The notes under the pieces were generated by a model. The model ran no database searches. It saw only the letters and a program-made list of their open reading frames with translations, and was not told the DNA's origin. This document shows positions 20,614 through 30,611 of a stretch of DNA of 64,000 nucleotides, piece after piece. The translations under genes and the position numbers were made by a program. The DNA lies in contig CDROCS010000882.1 in the NCBI GenBank assembly GCA_977020255.1, positions 1-64,000 of the forward strand. Direction: 5' to 3'. Positions within the stretch are counted from its first letter, which is position 1. Each line of letters opens with the position of its first letter. The stretch is from Obrimoposthia wandeli. Lineage: Eukaryota.

Positions 20614-21531
20614 ATGAATACAGAAACACCATACGCTATTGGCACATTTGGCAAAAAATGGACCGATGGTGACAAGGAAACATGGTTTCATCAGCAACAA
20701 AAAAAACGCAGCTATTTTGAACAGGTTGTTGCACAACTTGATGGCTTAAGCGCTGATTTTACTATTGAACAATACGGTAATTTACTTTATGACGCCGATA
20801 ATTATCCTTTATATGCTTTAAAAACAGCAACGTGGTTAGATGGTAAGCCGGTTATTTTGATTACCGGTGGCGTGCATGGCTATGAAACTAGTGGTGTACA
20901 GGGGGCTATTCGTTTTTTGAAAACGGCGGCGCAGCAATACCAAGATCAATTTAACTTTGTTGTACTTCCATGCGTTAGCCCGTGGGGCTACGAAACAATT
21001 AATCGTTGGAACCCATTAACTCTTGATCCAAACCGCTCATTTCATGAAAACAGCTTAGCGCAAGAATCAACTGCTGTTATGCAATATGTCAAAGCACTTG
21101 GCATGGAATTTCTTGCTCATATTGATCTACATGAAACTACGGATACAGATAATAGCGAATTTAGGCCAGCACTAGCGGCAAGAGATGCCATAGAGCAGAA
21201 AAATTGGAATATACCTGATGGCTTTTATTTAGTCGGCGATAGCACTAAGCCTCAAGCTATGTTCCAAAAAGCGATTATTGATTCAGTAGAAAAGGTGACA
21301 CATATTGCGCCTGCAGATGACGATGATAAACTTATCGGGGTCTCTTTAGCGCAATATGGCGTAATTAACTATGCGGGTCGTGAATTAGGTTTATGTATGG
21401 GCTTAACTGATGCGCCATATGTCACGACTACTGAAGTATACCCTGATAGTCCTCGTGCTAATGATGAGAATTGTATTCTTGCTCAGGTGGCTGTGCTCAC
21501 CGGTGCGCTGAATTACTTATTAACGCTATAA
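20614..21531 (+). CDS. M14-family metallocarboxypeptidase (succinylglutamate desuccinylase/aspartoacylase-like)
   Basis: GGVHGYE (HxxE), NRWN, IDLHET and TTEVYP. Confidence 0.88.
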   Translation: MNTETPYAIGTFGKKWTDGDKETWFHQQQKKRSYFEQVVAQLDGLSADFTIEQYGNLLYDADNYPLYALKTATWLDGKPVILITGGVHGYETSGVQGAIRFLKTAAQQYQDQFNFVVLPCVSPWGYETINRWNPLTLDPNRSFHENSLAQESTAVMQYVKALGMEFLAHIDLHETTDTDNSEFRPALAARDAIEQKNWNIPDGFYLVGDSTKPQAMFQKAIIDSVEKVTHIAPADDDDKLIGVSLAQYGVINYAGRELGLCMGLTDAPYVTTTEVYPDSPRANDENCILAQVAVLTGALNYLLTL

Positions 21532-21709
21532 CGTTTTCAAGACCACGCTGATTAGGTGTATTGGCACTAAAGTTGTTTTACAATACACCTGCAATAACGA
21601 TGATTAAGTAGGCATAGACGAGTATCAATAGGCATTTAGCCGATATTTTCTTGCATAATTAGTTATACATGTTATTTTTCCAGCATTAAATAATTTAGGA
21701 TGTTTTTTC

Positions 21710-22282
21710 ATGCCAAAAGCTAGTGATATAAAAAAGAATGCCGCGATAGAATATAACGGTAAAGTGATGATTGTTAGAGATATTGAACGTTCAGTACCTC
21801 AAGGCCGTGCCGGTGGTAGCTTATACAGAATGCGCATGTACGATGTCGTTACCGGTGGCAAAGTTGATGAAACATTTAAAGCCGAAGACATGCTTAACTT
21901 TGCTGATTTAACGCGTCGTCCTGCAATGTTTTCTTATATTGATGGTGAAGAATACGTTTTCATGGATAACGAAGACTACACGCCATACAACTTAAACAAA
22001 TCGTCAATTGAAGACGAAGCGTTATTCATTACTGAAGAGACTCAAGGGCTATTAGTTATTATTGTTGATGGTGTGCCGGTTGCTGTTGATTTACCATCAA
22101 GCGTTGAACTTGTGATCACAGAAACTGACCCATCTATTAAAGGTGGCTCAGCTACAGCTCGTACTAAGCCAGCTATTTTATCAACAGGTTTAACCGTTCA
22201 AGTACCTGAACATGTTTCAACCGGTGATAAAATTAAAGTTAACACCGAAGATCGTAAATTTATGGGCCGTGCTGACAAATAA
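21710..22282 (+). CDS. yeiP: Elongation factor P-like protein EfpL (YeiP)
   Basis: EF-P fold with an Arg-containing loop [19 protein letters not shown] and QVPEH. Confidence 0.9.
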   Translation: MPKASDIKKNAAIEYNGKVMIVRDIERSVPQGRAGGSLYRMRMYDVVTGGKVDETFKAEDMLNFADLTRRPAMFSYIDGEEYVFMDNEDYTPYNLNKSSIEDEALFITEETQGLLVIIVDGVPVAVDLPSSVELVITETDPSIKGGSATARTKPAILSTGLTVQVPEHVSTGDKIKVNTEDRKFMGRADK

Positions 22283-22316
22283 TAGTCTAGCGACGAATCC
22301 TATTATAGAGATCAGT

Positions 22317-22347
22317 AAAGCCAACGATGAAAGTCGTTGGCTTTTTT
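22317..22347 (+). terminator. Rho-independent terminator after yeiP
   Basis: AAAGCCAACGA-TGAAAG-TCGTTGGCTTT followed by T run. Confidence 0.85.
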
Positions 22348-22355
22348 AATATTAA

Positions 22356-22566
22356 TACCAATTGAAATAACCAATTGATCATTTTAAGGCGGTTTAAATC
22401 TCCAATAACTGCGTTGCTTTCAATCACAATAGCTAGCTATTACTCGGCAATATGCTCCTGCATTGCGCTAATGACTTACCATTATCCATGTAAGAATCAA
22501 TCAAGCGTCTTATTCTTGAAAATTTACCCTCGCTTAACATTGATCGATAACTTATTACATTTGGTA
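22356..22566 (+). mobile_element. ERIC-like repeat family 2, copy 1 (about 211 bp)
   Basis: Imperfect terminal IRs TACCAATTGAAATAA...TTGATC / GATC...TTATTACATTTGGTA; colinear with 42260-42463. Confidence 0.82.
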
Positions 22567-22601
22567 TAACCCACCGGTTAAGCAACAATGAAAAGTGATA
22601 T

Positions 22602-23333
22602 TTATTTATAACAATGAAACCACTTTTTAAATAGAAATCCTTGTACATAATCAACCTTGATTTTTTGAGCAAACAGCATGTCGTTTTCAGTTTCTACTCC
22701 TTCTAGAATTATTTTCTTTCCTGCGCTATGGGCATAATTAATTAATGCTTCGACAAGTAGCATAAACTGCTTATTGTGTTTTTCTGCCACTACATGCTTA
22801 TCTAGTTTAATATAATCAACCAGTTGAATCACTGACGTTGAAACCATTGACAATGGATTACAAACATCATCAATGGCTGTGCTGATATCACTTTTCGCTA
22901 AAGTATCTATCATTGCTAAACTTTTAATCGCATCATTAATTTCTGAATTTTCGATCAACTCAACCACTATGTTGGCGTTTTTAAAGTTTTTGAATAATTT
23001 TAAAAAAGGGTTTTTGTCGTTGTTCTCACCAGTAGAAAAATATGAGTCTTGATCTAAATTGACAAATATATCGCTTTGACTTGGCGCGTGATCTAATTGT
23101 AATAATTTTTGTTGATACTCAACTTGAAACAGCGTCAAAGGACTATCATGCAATGCAGCATAAATAATGTCAGGGGGAATATTATTATTGTTTTTATCGC
23201 GAAAGCGGGCCAAGCACTCATAGGCCATAATTTCTTTTGATGCTAAATGAACGATCGGTTGATATTCAACACCGTAGCGCTGTGATTCAATGAGTTCTAT
23301 TAAATTTAAAGGAGAGATTTGTCTATTATTCAT
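22602..23333 (-). CDS. Stand-alone EAL-domain protein (putative c-di-GMP phosphodiesterase, variant motifs)
   Basis: EYQPI, ECLAR (for EAL), FVN, VELIE, AIDD, IKLD, EGVE and VQG. Confidence 0.85.
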   Translation of the reverse strand: MNNRQISPLNLIELIESQRYGVEYQPIVHLASKEIMAYECLARFRDKNNNNIPPDIIYAALHDSPLTLFQVEYQQKLLQLDHAPSQSDIFVNLDQDSYFSTGENNDKNPFLKLFKNFKNANIVVELIENSEINDAIKSLAMIDTLAKSDISTAIDDVCNPLSMVSTSVIQLVDYIKLDKHVVAEKHNKQFMLLVEALINYAHSAGKKIILEGVETENDMLFAQKIKVDYVQGFLFKKWFHCYK

Positions 23334-23395
23334 TTGTTATGGCAAATAAATCATTCATTTGCGTATATCCTACTGCGATATGAGAAAGGTATATT

Positions 23396-23410
23396 AAATG
23401 AGAATCATTT
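23396..23410. promoter_or_regulatory. Fur-box-like site upstream of the EAL gene
   Basis: AAATGAGAATCATTT matches the AATGATAATCATT Fur core at 12 of 13 positions. Confidence 0.55.
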
Positions 23411-23799
23411 GTATGTAAATGTTGGTATTTGATTGATCTCGTTGAATTTGTCACTTTAAAGGGTTAAAAATTAATGTTAGATGTTTTTGTGTACAAGAGC
23501 TAACTTATTAGTAATTGCTAGAATACTTATTGTTCATCTCAATTGCCTTTAACCTTATCGGATAAGTTGTACTTGTGATTAACTCATCGTCGTGACGAAA
23601 AAATAGCGGCAACTTAAGACGGTCTCATCCAGATAACTGATAAGTCATGTTGTTCTTCGTTAACCTTGTTATGGAATATGTCACGATAAAACAAAAGAAC
23701 TTTTATACTTCACGATAGAGTTAACGTAAGTGCCGATAACGATTGTTGTGTACTTACTCAGCCTCTAATACCTGTCATGAATCATCCATGTTAGTGCCG

Positions 23800-23829
23800 A
23801 TGAATACGTATGCATGAATACGTATTCAT
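23800..23829. promoter_or_regulatory. Two overlapping operator-like palindromes (LacI-type, central CG)
   Basis: ATGAATACGTATGCA (23800-23814) and the perfect palindrome ATGAATACGTATTCAT (23814-23829); related site at 45355. Confidence 0.7.
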
Positions 23830-23945
23830 CCTTCTTATCAACGTTTAATAAATACCAGTTACATATCATAACGAGGAACTTCAGCGCTTAATATTTACGT
23901 TGTGTTGCGACTAATAAAAATAAACAATATAACAAGGTGATTGTG

Positions 23946-24617
23946 ATGAAAATAAAAGAGTTTTTAACGGTGCTATTCGTGCTGTTATTTAGTGCAAATG
24001 CTTACAGTGGCATTATCAGTAATGGCGGCTTCCAAAGCTGTGATTTTCAAGGTTGGCAAAAAGACACTGACGGTTTTGGTGATCCTGGTGCAACAGGAGA
24101 TTTTAGCATCAATAATAATATCGGTGACTGCAGTGCGGTTATCAGTGTTGATCTATTAGATGGTGCTACCGCGTTTAATGCCAACACACTTTTCACAGCA
24201 TTAGATTTAACGGTTGCCAGTGGTGATTTACAACTTAGCTTTGATTGGAATTTTTCTGGTCTTGATGATGGTAGCTTCTTAGCCGATAGCTTCTTTGTCA
24301 GCTTAAGCAATGGCACAGGAGATTTATTTAACGCTAATGGTGAACTTGGCCATCTCATTGAAGCGACTAGTATCTACGACTCGGGATCTTTTTCCGTACT
24401 CTTAGATGATCGCTTTTATAATCAAACGAATTGGATGTTAGATTTTACCGTGCAAGCTGGATTTAATTCAACTTCGGTGTCTTCAAAACTCAATATTGAC
24501 AATGTTTCTTTAACTTCTGTGGCAACGCCCGTGCCAGAGCCTAGTACGCTTATCATGCTGTTTATTGCGATGGCGGGTTTAATTGGTCAACAGCGTTTCA
24601 ATGCCAAACGAGGATAA
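23946..24617 (+). CDS. PEP-CTERM sorting-domain surface protein
   Basis: Signal peptide, NGGFQ...GW jelly-roll-like start, C-terminal VPEPSTL plus TM plus basic tail. ATG 23946 follows AAGGTG; the ORF track starts at 23937. Confidence 0.88.
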   Translation: MKIKEFLTVLFVLLFSANAYSGIISNGGFQSCDFQGWQKDTDGFGDPGATGDFSINNNIGDCSAVISVDLLDGATAFNANTLFTALDLTVASGDLQLSFDWNFSGLDDGSFLADSFFVSLSNGTGDLFNANGELGHLIEATSIYDSGSFSVLLDDRFYNQTNWMLDFTVQAGFNSTSVSSKLNIDNVSLTSVATPVPEPSTLIMLFIAMAGLIGQQRFNAKRG

Positions 24618-24621
24618 TCGC

Positions 24622-27600
24622 ATGAGTTTTTATAAAAAATCTAGCTTGCAACTAACGCTGCTATTCACGCTATTGTTAACCTTACTGGCAACACCTTTAA
24701 GCCATGCAGCATGGGAAAATACAGCTGAAACTGACTTTAGTTATTCTCCTCGCCCCATTTATGATCGTATCAATAATCAATATTTATCTATTGTTACTAT
24801 CACCAACCAAGGCAGTGAAACATTAACCGGCCCATTTCGAGTTTTCATCCCGACAAGTAGCCATCAAGTACGCAATATTGATGGTAATGGCGATGGTATT
24901 CCTTATGTCAATTTGTCGATTGACGAATTAGCGGCAGGTGCCAGCCATAAATTTACTTTACAGCTTGAACTCAAACGTGCGCTTATTACTTTTGAATTAA
25001 GCAATAAAGTAGAAATAGTAGCAAACGGTACAGGGCTTGAGTTAAACGACGATCAAATTGCTATTTTTTATCAACGCGCAGATGGCAACTATGACGGTTG
25101 GGGATTACATCTATGGAATGGTGAAGGCTGTGGCAATTATGCGAGTCCGACCACTGACAGTGCTCATTTTTCTCAGTGGCCATCTCCATACCCTGTTGAC
25201 GGTGTACACCCAGAATATGGCGGCTATTATATTCTTAGCGTAGAGCCTGGTGCCGATTGCTATAACTTCATCATTCACAAAGGAAACGACAAAGCGCTGG
25301 GTGCTAATAATAGTCGTTTCGAGCCTGTAAAAGCTACGCAAGGCCAACAAGCATTTACCTTTAATGGCTACCCTGACATTTGGTATACGCCAGTAACCAC
25401 TCGACCTGTTTTTCTTGATGGAGCGCGTGTTCATTGGTTAGACACCAGCACGTTATTATGGTCAACCGATGTCAACAATGCCGACAGTTATCGTTTATAT
25501 TATGTAGCAGACGCCAGTATTGACGTTATCAGTCAAGCGCTACTAAATGACTTACCTTATAAAGCGCTAACAACTAAAGATGCTAACGCTAGTTACTATC
25601 AACAAAACCCTCACTTGAACGGCTTTAAAGGTTTTACGTTAGACATCGATGATACCCAAGCAAAACAGTTGGTTAAAAATCAATTACTCGTAGTCGCTTT
25701 AGATCAACAAGGTAATTTGCTCGATGCAACACGTGTACAGTCACCACGTTTATTAGATTATTTATATACCCGCAACAGTTCAGACGCTGATGAGGCGAGC
25801 TTAGGCCTTAACTATCAAGACGGTCAAGTCACAGCGTCAGTTTGGGCACCTACGGCAAGCCAAGTGGCGATAAAAATTTATAATGCCGCGAAGCAAGAAA
25901 CAGCAACTCAACCAATGATTGTCGATGAAGCAACAGGGATTTGGTCTTATAGCATGGAGAAGTCGGCTGTTGATCGCCTTTATTACCGCTATCAATTAAC
26001 CGTGTTTCACCCGCTGACCAGTAAAATAGAAAACTTAACGGTTACAGATCCCTATTCTATCGGTTTATCTACCAATGGTCGGTATAGTCAATTTGTTGAT
26101 TTAAGCGATGATGAATTAAAGCCACAAGGTTGGGATAACCATGTGGTACCGACAGTGGAAAACTTTGAAGACAGTATTATTTATGAAGGTCATATTCGTG
26201 ACTTTAGTGCATTAGATCAAAGTACAAGTGCAGAAAACCGCGGAAAGTACCTTGCTTTTACCGAAGCAAACTCTTTACCTATGCAGCATTTACAGCAACT
26301 TCAAGCGGCGGGATTAACCCATTTTCATGTTTTACCTGCTAACGATATTGCTTCAATTGAAGAAGAGCCAAGCAAACGTGTTGATGTTACTGATACGGTC
26401 GCGGATTTATGTCAACTTAACGCTAATGCGCCAGTATGTGGTGTCGAGAATGACAGTGCAGTATTACTAGATGTCTTAAAAAGTTATGACCCAAGCACAA
26501 CCCAAGCACAAGCATTGGTTGAGTCAATGCGCCGTTTCGACGGTTTTAATTGGGGTTATGACCCTCAACATTTTGCTGCGCCTGAAGGTAGTTACGCTTC
26601 AAACGCAGATGGTATTAGTCGTATTATTGAAATGCGTGCAATGAACCAAGCACTGCATGAAACAGGACTACGCGTAGTGCTTGATGTTGTTTACAACCAT
26701 GCGGCTTCATCTGGCCTTTATGATAATTCTGTTTTAGATAAAGTTGTACCGGGTTATTACCATAGATTAAATGAATATAGCGGTGCGATTGAAACATCAA
26801 CGTGTTGTGAGAATACGGCAACCGAGCATCGAATGATGGCTAAATTGATGAATGACTCCTTAGTCAGCTTTGCCAAAAACTTTGGTTTTGATGGCTTTAG
26901 ATTTGATTTAATGGGGCATATTCCGAAACAAGCCATTATTGATGCAAGAGATGCCGTATTAGCCGTAGATGCCGATAGCTATTTTTATGGTGAAGGTTGG
27001 AACTTCGGTGAAGTAGCGAATAACCGCCGCTTTGAACAAGCCTCACAGCTTAATATGGCTGGCAGTGAAATAGGTACATATTCTGACCGACAACGTGACG
27101 CAGTGCGCAGTGCTGCTTTGTTTAATAATGGTGGCAGTTTAGGTGAGCAAGATGTTATTCGTATTGGTTTAGTCGGTAATATTGATAGTTATCAGTTTGT
27201 TGCTGCTAGTGGTAACTACTTATCTACCTATGATTATCAATGGAACGGTCAACCTGCGGGTTACAGTAGTGATCCTGCGGATACCGTCAATTATGTCTCT
27301 AAGCATGACAATGAAACCTTATGGGATCAGCTGCAATACAATCTACCTACCCAAATGAGCCTTAGCGAGAAAGTGCGTGTGCAAAATATTGCGCTTTCTT
27401 TACCGCTATTAAGCCAAGGTATTCCATTTTTACAAATGGGCTCAGATTTAATTCGTTCAAAATCAATGGACAGAAATACCTATGATGCTGGCGATTGGTT
27501 TAACCGTATTGATTTCACTCAAGCACAAAGCAATTGGAATATTGGTTTACCGTTAGCCCAAGACAACCAAACTAAATGGTCAACCATTAGCGGTATTAGT

Positions 27601-28395
27601 GCTAATGCGAACAATGCTTTTGGCGCTCAAGACATCAACCTAACCAGTGCTTTGTTTAAAGAGTTCATTAATATTAGAGCCACCAGTAAGTTATTTAGAT
27701 TAACCACCGCAGAGCAAGTATCTAATCGTATTAAGTTTCACAACGTGGGTAAAGAACAGCGCCAAGGTTTAGTCGTAATGAGCTTAGATGACGGCTTAGG
27801 ACTAACAGATTTAGACCCAGCAAATGATGCCATTGTCGTGTTATTTAATGGTACTAGCAGCGAGCAATCATTTAGCATTGCTAATGCCAGTAATTTTGAA
27901 CTACATCAAAACCAGCAGAACTCGGCTGATACTCGCGTGCAAACTGCTAGCTTTAACAATGGTGATTTTGTTGTACCAGCACTAACCACTGCAGTATTTG
28001 TTAAGCCACAAGGTGAAGTACAAGGTTTTGGTTTATCGGCATTGCCGCCTTATGACACCAACACTATTTATTTACGTGGCGCGATGAATAACTGGGATAC
28101 ATCTTTACCTTTTACTTATATCGGTAATGATAAATACCGCTTGGCTGCTGACTTAACTCAAGGTGAATATCAGTTCAAAGTTGCTGACGGTAGTTTTTCA
28201 ACGGCAAATATCGGTGGCGGTTTTAATATGCCTATCGCTCAAGCCGCTAGTTTAATTAACGGCGGTGATAATTTAACCCTAAACCTTATTGCTGATGGCC
28301 AGTATGTTTTTGAATTAGACGCCAGTGACGGACAAAGCCCAAGTTTATTGTGCTGCCAGGATGATCAGTGCTTAATACCCGCACCTTTCATTTGA
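24622..28395 (+). CDS. Secreted multidomain type I pullulanase (alpha-1,6-glucosidase, GH13)
   Basis: Signal peptide; WGLHLWN pullulanase-associated/CBM41-like domain; YNWGYDP variant FNWGYDP; LDVVYNH, DGFRFDLMGH, YGEGW and YVSKHDN; C-terminal YLRGAMNNW module. ATG 24622 follows AGGA. Confidence 0.92.
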   Translation: MSFYKKSSLQLTLLFTLLLTLLATPLSHAAWENTAETDFSYSPRPIYDRINNQYLSIVTITNQGSETLTGPFRVFIPTSSHQVRNIDGNGDGIPYVNLSIDELAAGASHKFTLQLELKRALITFELSNKVEIVANGTGLELNDDQIAIFYQRADGNYDGWGLHLWNGEGCGNYASPTTDSAHFSQWPSPYPVDGVHPEYGGYYILSVEPGADCYNFIIHKGNDKALGANNSRFEPVKATQGQQAFTFNGYPDIWYTPVTTRPVFLDGARVHWLDTSTLLWSTDVNNADSYRLYYVADASIDVISQALLNDLPYKALTTKDANASYYQQNPHLNGFKGFTLDIDDTQAKQLVKNQLLVVALDQQGNLLDATRVQSPRLLDYLYTRNSSDADEASLGLNYQDGQVTASVWAPTASQVAIKIYNAAKQETATQPMIVDEATGIWSYSMEKSAVDRLYYRYQLTVFHPLTSKIENLTVTDPYSIGLSTNGRYSQFVDLSDDELKPQGWDNHVVPTVENFEDSIIYEGHIRDFSALDQSTSAENRGKYLAFTEANSLPMQHLQQLQAAGLTHFHVLPANDIASIEEEPSKRVDVTDTVADLCQLNANAPVCGVENDSAVLLDVLKSYDPSTTQAQALVESMRRFDGFNWGYDPQHFAAPEGSYASNADGISRIIEMRAMNQALHETGLRVVLDVVYNHAASSGLYDNSVLDKVVPGYYHRLNEYSGAIETSTCCENTATEHRMMAKLMNDSLVSFAKNFGFDGFRFDLMGHIPKQAIIDARDAVLAVDADSYFYGEGWNFGEVANNRRFEQASQLNMAGSEIGTYSDRQRDAVRSAALFNNGGSLGEQDVIRIGLVGNIDSYQFVAASGNYLSTYDYQWNGQPAGYSSDPADTVNYVSKHDNETLWDQLQYNLPTQMSLSEKVRVQNIALSLPLLSQGIPFLQMGSDLIRSKSMDRNTYDAGDWFNRIDFTQAQSNWNIGLPLAQDNQTKWSTISGISANANNAFGAQDINLTSALFKEFINIRATSKLFRLTTAEQVSNRIKFHNVGKEQRQGLVVMSLDDGLGLTDLDPANDAIVVLFNGTSSEQSFSIANASNFELHQNQQNSADTRVQTASFNNGDFVVPALTTAVFVKPQGEVQGFGLSALPPYDTNTIYLRGAMNNWDTSLPFTYIGNDKYRLAADLTQGEYQFKVADGSFSTANIGGGFNMPIAQAASLINGGDNLTLNLIADGQYVFELDASDGQSPSLLCCQDDQCLIPAPFI

Positions 28396-28396
28396 C

Positions 28397-28720
28397 ATGA
28401 GTTGTTACTTAAGAGGTTTAATGAATGAATGGGGCACTACTCGTCCGTTAACCTATCAAGGTAAGGGTATTTATAGTGGCAATTATCAAATTAGCGGTGG
28501 TCAGCATTCGTTAAAAATTGCTGATGCTGATTGGGGCGGAACCGGTGGTCCTAATTTAGGTGGAGCACATAATATCGCGCTAGGTGTTGGCGTTGAGTTA
28601 ACCCCAAACGCTAATGACAATCTCTCATTAACACTTATTAATACACAGACATTGGCTTTTGTACTTGATGCCAATGACATCAATAAACCACGCTTAACGA
28701 TAAGTGAAATAATAGAATAA
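28397..28720 (+). CDS. Second C-terminal YLRG-x-MN-x-W module of the pullulanase, separated by a +1 frameshift
   Basis: SCYLRGLMNEWGT...LKIADADW repeats the last domain of the upstream ORF; starts 1 nt after its stop. Confidence 0.75.
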   Translation: MSCYLRGLMNEWGTTRPLTYQGKGIYSGNYQISGGQHSLKIADADWGGTGGPNLGGAHNIALGVGVELTPNANDNLSLTLINTQTLAFVLDANDINKPRLTISEIIE

Positions 28721-28792
28721 CGCTATACAACTCCTTACCGGATCCTAGGATTCTAAAATACTGAGAAAGAAAAGTAGTGATAATGAATAATT

Positions 28793-28825
28793 ACGCTAAG
28801 CATTGGTTTACGCAATGCTTAGCGT
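28793..28825 (+). terminator. Terminator hairpin after the pullulanase locus
   Basis: ACGCTAAGCATTG / CAATGCTTAGCGT 13-bp stem followed by TTT. Confidence 0.75.
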
Positions 28826-29034
28826 TTTAATCAAATACGGTTAGTCGATTATTTATGTGATTTTTGACAAATAGAACATGTCGAATGACTAATAATCACT
28901 GGTAAGGCATTAAAACGATTAATGAAATTGTTCTTTAATTCCTTTAAGCTATAACTCATTTTTATTAAATCGACAGCCTAACCAATACAGGGTTATACCT
29001 TTTTGATGTTGTCAGCAGTCTACGGAAGATAAAT

Positions 29035-29460
29035 ATGCGTTCATGGAAGTTTTGCTTAAACATTGTTTTATTAAACATCGCCTTATTAGGTCTAGTTGTT
29101 TTGCCTGCAAATGCTTACGCTAATGATCAAATTAGTGGCATTTGGAAACATAGTGAAAAACCAGCATGGCTTGAAATTATATTTGAATCAGGCGTGGGTG
29201 CAGTTTCCATTCAACGTCATGACAATAATGTAGCAGCCGCAGGACTTAATATTATTAAGCATCTGGTTAAAGATATAAAGCTTGAGACAAATCAGCCACC
29301 TCAATGGCATGGACAGATGTATTCTGCCGCGGAAGATGGGTATGTTAGTGTTCGATTAATCCTCATTAACTCAACAACTATCACGGTATTTGAAAGTAGC
29401 GATGTAAAAGCATTAAACGAGATATTGAGAATAACGAAAGTACCACCAACAAACTCTTAA
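29035..29460 (+). CDS. Exported hypothetical protein (DUF2147-like)
   Basis: Signal peptide, ISGIWK start, WHGQMY beta-rich pattern. Confidence 0.55.
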   Translation: MRSWKFCLNIVLLNIALLGLVVLPANAYANDQISGIWKHSEKPAWLEIIFESGVGAVSIQRHDNNVAAAGLNIIKHLVKDIKLETNQPPQWHGQMYSAAEDGYVSVRLILINSTTITVFESSDVKALNEILRITKVPPTNS

Positions 29461-29742
29461 CATCGATCTTAAGTGGCATAGAAGGCTCTTATCCACTGCT
29501 GTCGAAGAGAATCGACATTTATCATTAATGTTAGTAAGTTATGATTTTTGTTACTTTAACAGTCTCAACATGACGGTCTCTACATAACCTATTAATAGCC
29601 CTGATTGTATTCGGCAAAGCTACTAATAATTGCTCAGAATTAAGCATTGAGTAATTTAATTTCAATCACCCAATACTGCTTCAACCAGTATTGAGTTTAC
29701 TGCAAACTTTATTTAAGAACTCCATTTTAAAAGGCTAATGAC

Positions 29743-30354
29743 GTGTTTGCTGAATTTTTAAAAATTGATACAACGTGTCCTAGCGAACTACGTGATTTTC
29801 CAGAATGGCATAAAGGAGTCAAATATTATGGCTTTTGGGCCATCGAAGTGTCGACAAAGGCTTGTCATAACGAAATAAATAAACATAAGACACATTTAGC
29901 TGACAAATTACATCCACATTACTTACGCCAACCTCATATTACTTTGATGGCATCAGGGCTATTATCAGAGCATCACTTCCATCAAGACTTAATCACGAAA
30001 CAAGTTAGTCAAATAAAAAAAAGTGCCTTTAAAGCATTTTCTTTAAAGTTATCAGCTTGCAATAGTTTTTCTGTTTGTCCTTATCTTGCGGTCCTTGACC
30101 CACTATGCAAACTGGACGCCATACGAGCGTGTTTAAATAACAGCGCTGAGCAAAATAATCCCGCTAAATATACACCACACGTTACGCTAGGCTTTTACAA
30201 TAAAGCTTATGCAACAACAGAAATAGTGAAAGATATTGTCGCCTTGAGCACTCAAAATATCGAGTTTACCGTTAATGAAATAGTCTTCGCTCAATATGAA
30301 ACTAAAGATGTGCAAGGTCCTTATCAAGTACTACATCGCATTAGGTTAGGTTAG
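29743..30354 (+). CDS. 2H phosphoesterase (2'-5' RNA ligase family)
   Basis: Two HxT motifs: QPHITL and TPHVTL. Confidence 0.85.
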   Translation: MFAEFLKIDTTCPSELRDFPEWHKGVKYYGFWAIEVSTKACHNEINKHKTHLADKLHPHYLRQPHITLMASGLLSEHHFHQDLITKQVSQIKKSAFKAFSLKLSACNSFSVCPYLAVLDPLCKLDAIRACLNNSAEQNNPAKYTPHVTLGFYNKAYATTEIVKDIVALSTQNIEFTVNEIVFAQYETKDVQGPYQVLHRIRLG

Positions 30355-30489
30355 GTCATATTAAGTTAGATTTAGCGGAACTCCGATGATAGATAAAATA
30401 ATAGTCACCTGAGCGTTAAATTATGTCATCACAAGGCTTGAAAAGTGAATGAAATTTTTGCTATCTTATTGATCAATTTCTAGTTTATT

Positions 30490-30513
30490 GCATCTTCAAG
30501 TAGCTTGGATATA
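30490..30513 (+). repeat. Solo terminal repeat of MITE family 1
   Basis: GCATCTTCAAGTAGCTTGGATATA against the family end GCATCTTCAAGTGGCTTGGGTATA (2 mismatches). Confidence 0.75.
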
Positions 30514-30531
30514 GAGATAATATTAGCTTTA

Positions 30532-30593
30532 GTGCTTGTCAGTACTCGTTTAGATAAAGGCTAAAGCCGAGTTTAACGAGTACTGACAAGCAC
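30532..30593. repeat. Perfect 19-bp inverted repeat with a 24-nt spacer
   Basis: GTGCTTGTCAGTACTCGTT / AACGAGTACTGACAAGCAC. Confidence 0.92.
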
Positions 30594-30611
30594 AACTTTA
30601 AATGGATTTAC

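Noticed and set aside
21562-21576. TGGCAC-N5-TTGT, a possible sigma-54 promoter before yeiP
   Set aside because: The invariant -12 GC is absent.
30341-30355. (TTAGG)x3 at the end of the 2H phosphoesterase gene
   Set aside because: Too short to distinguish from chance or slippage.
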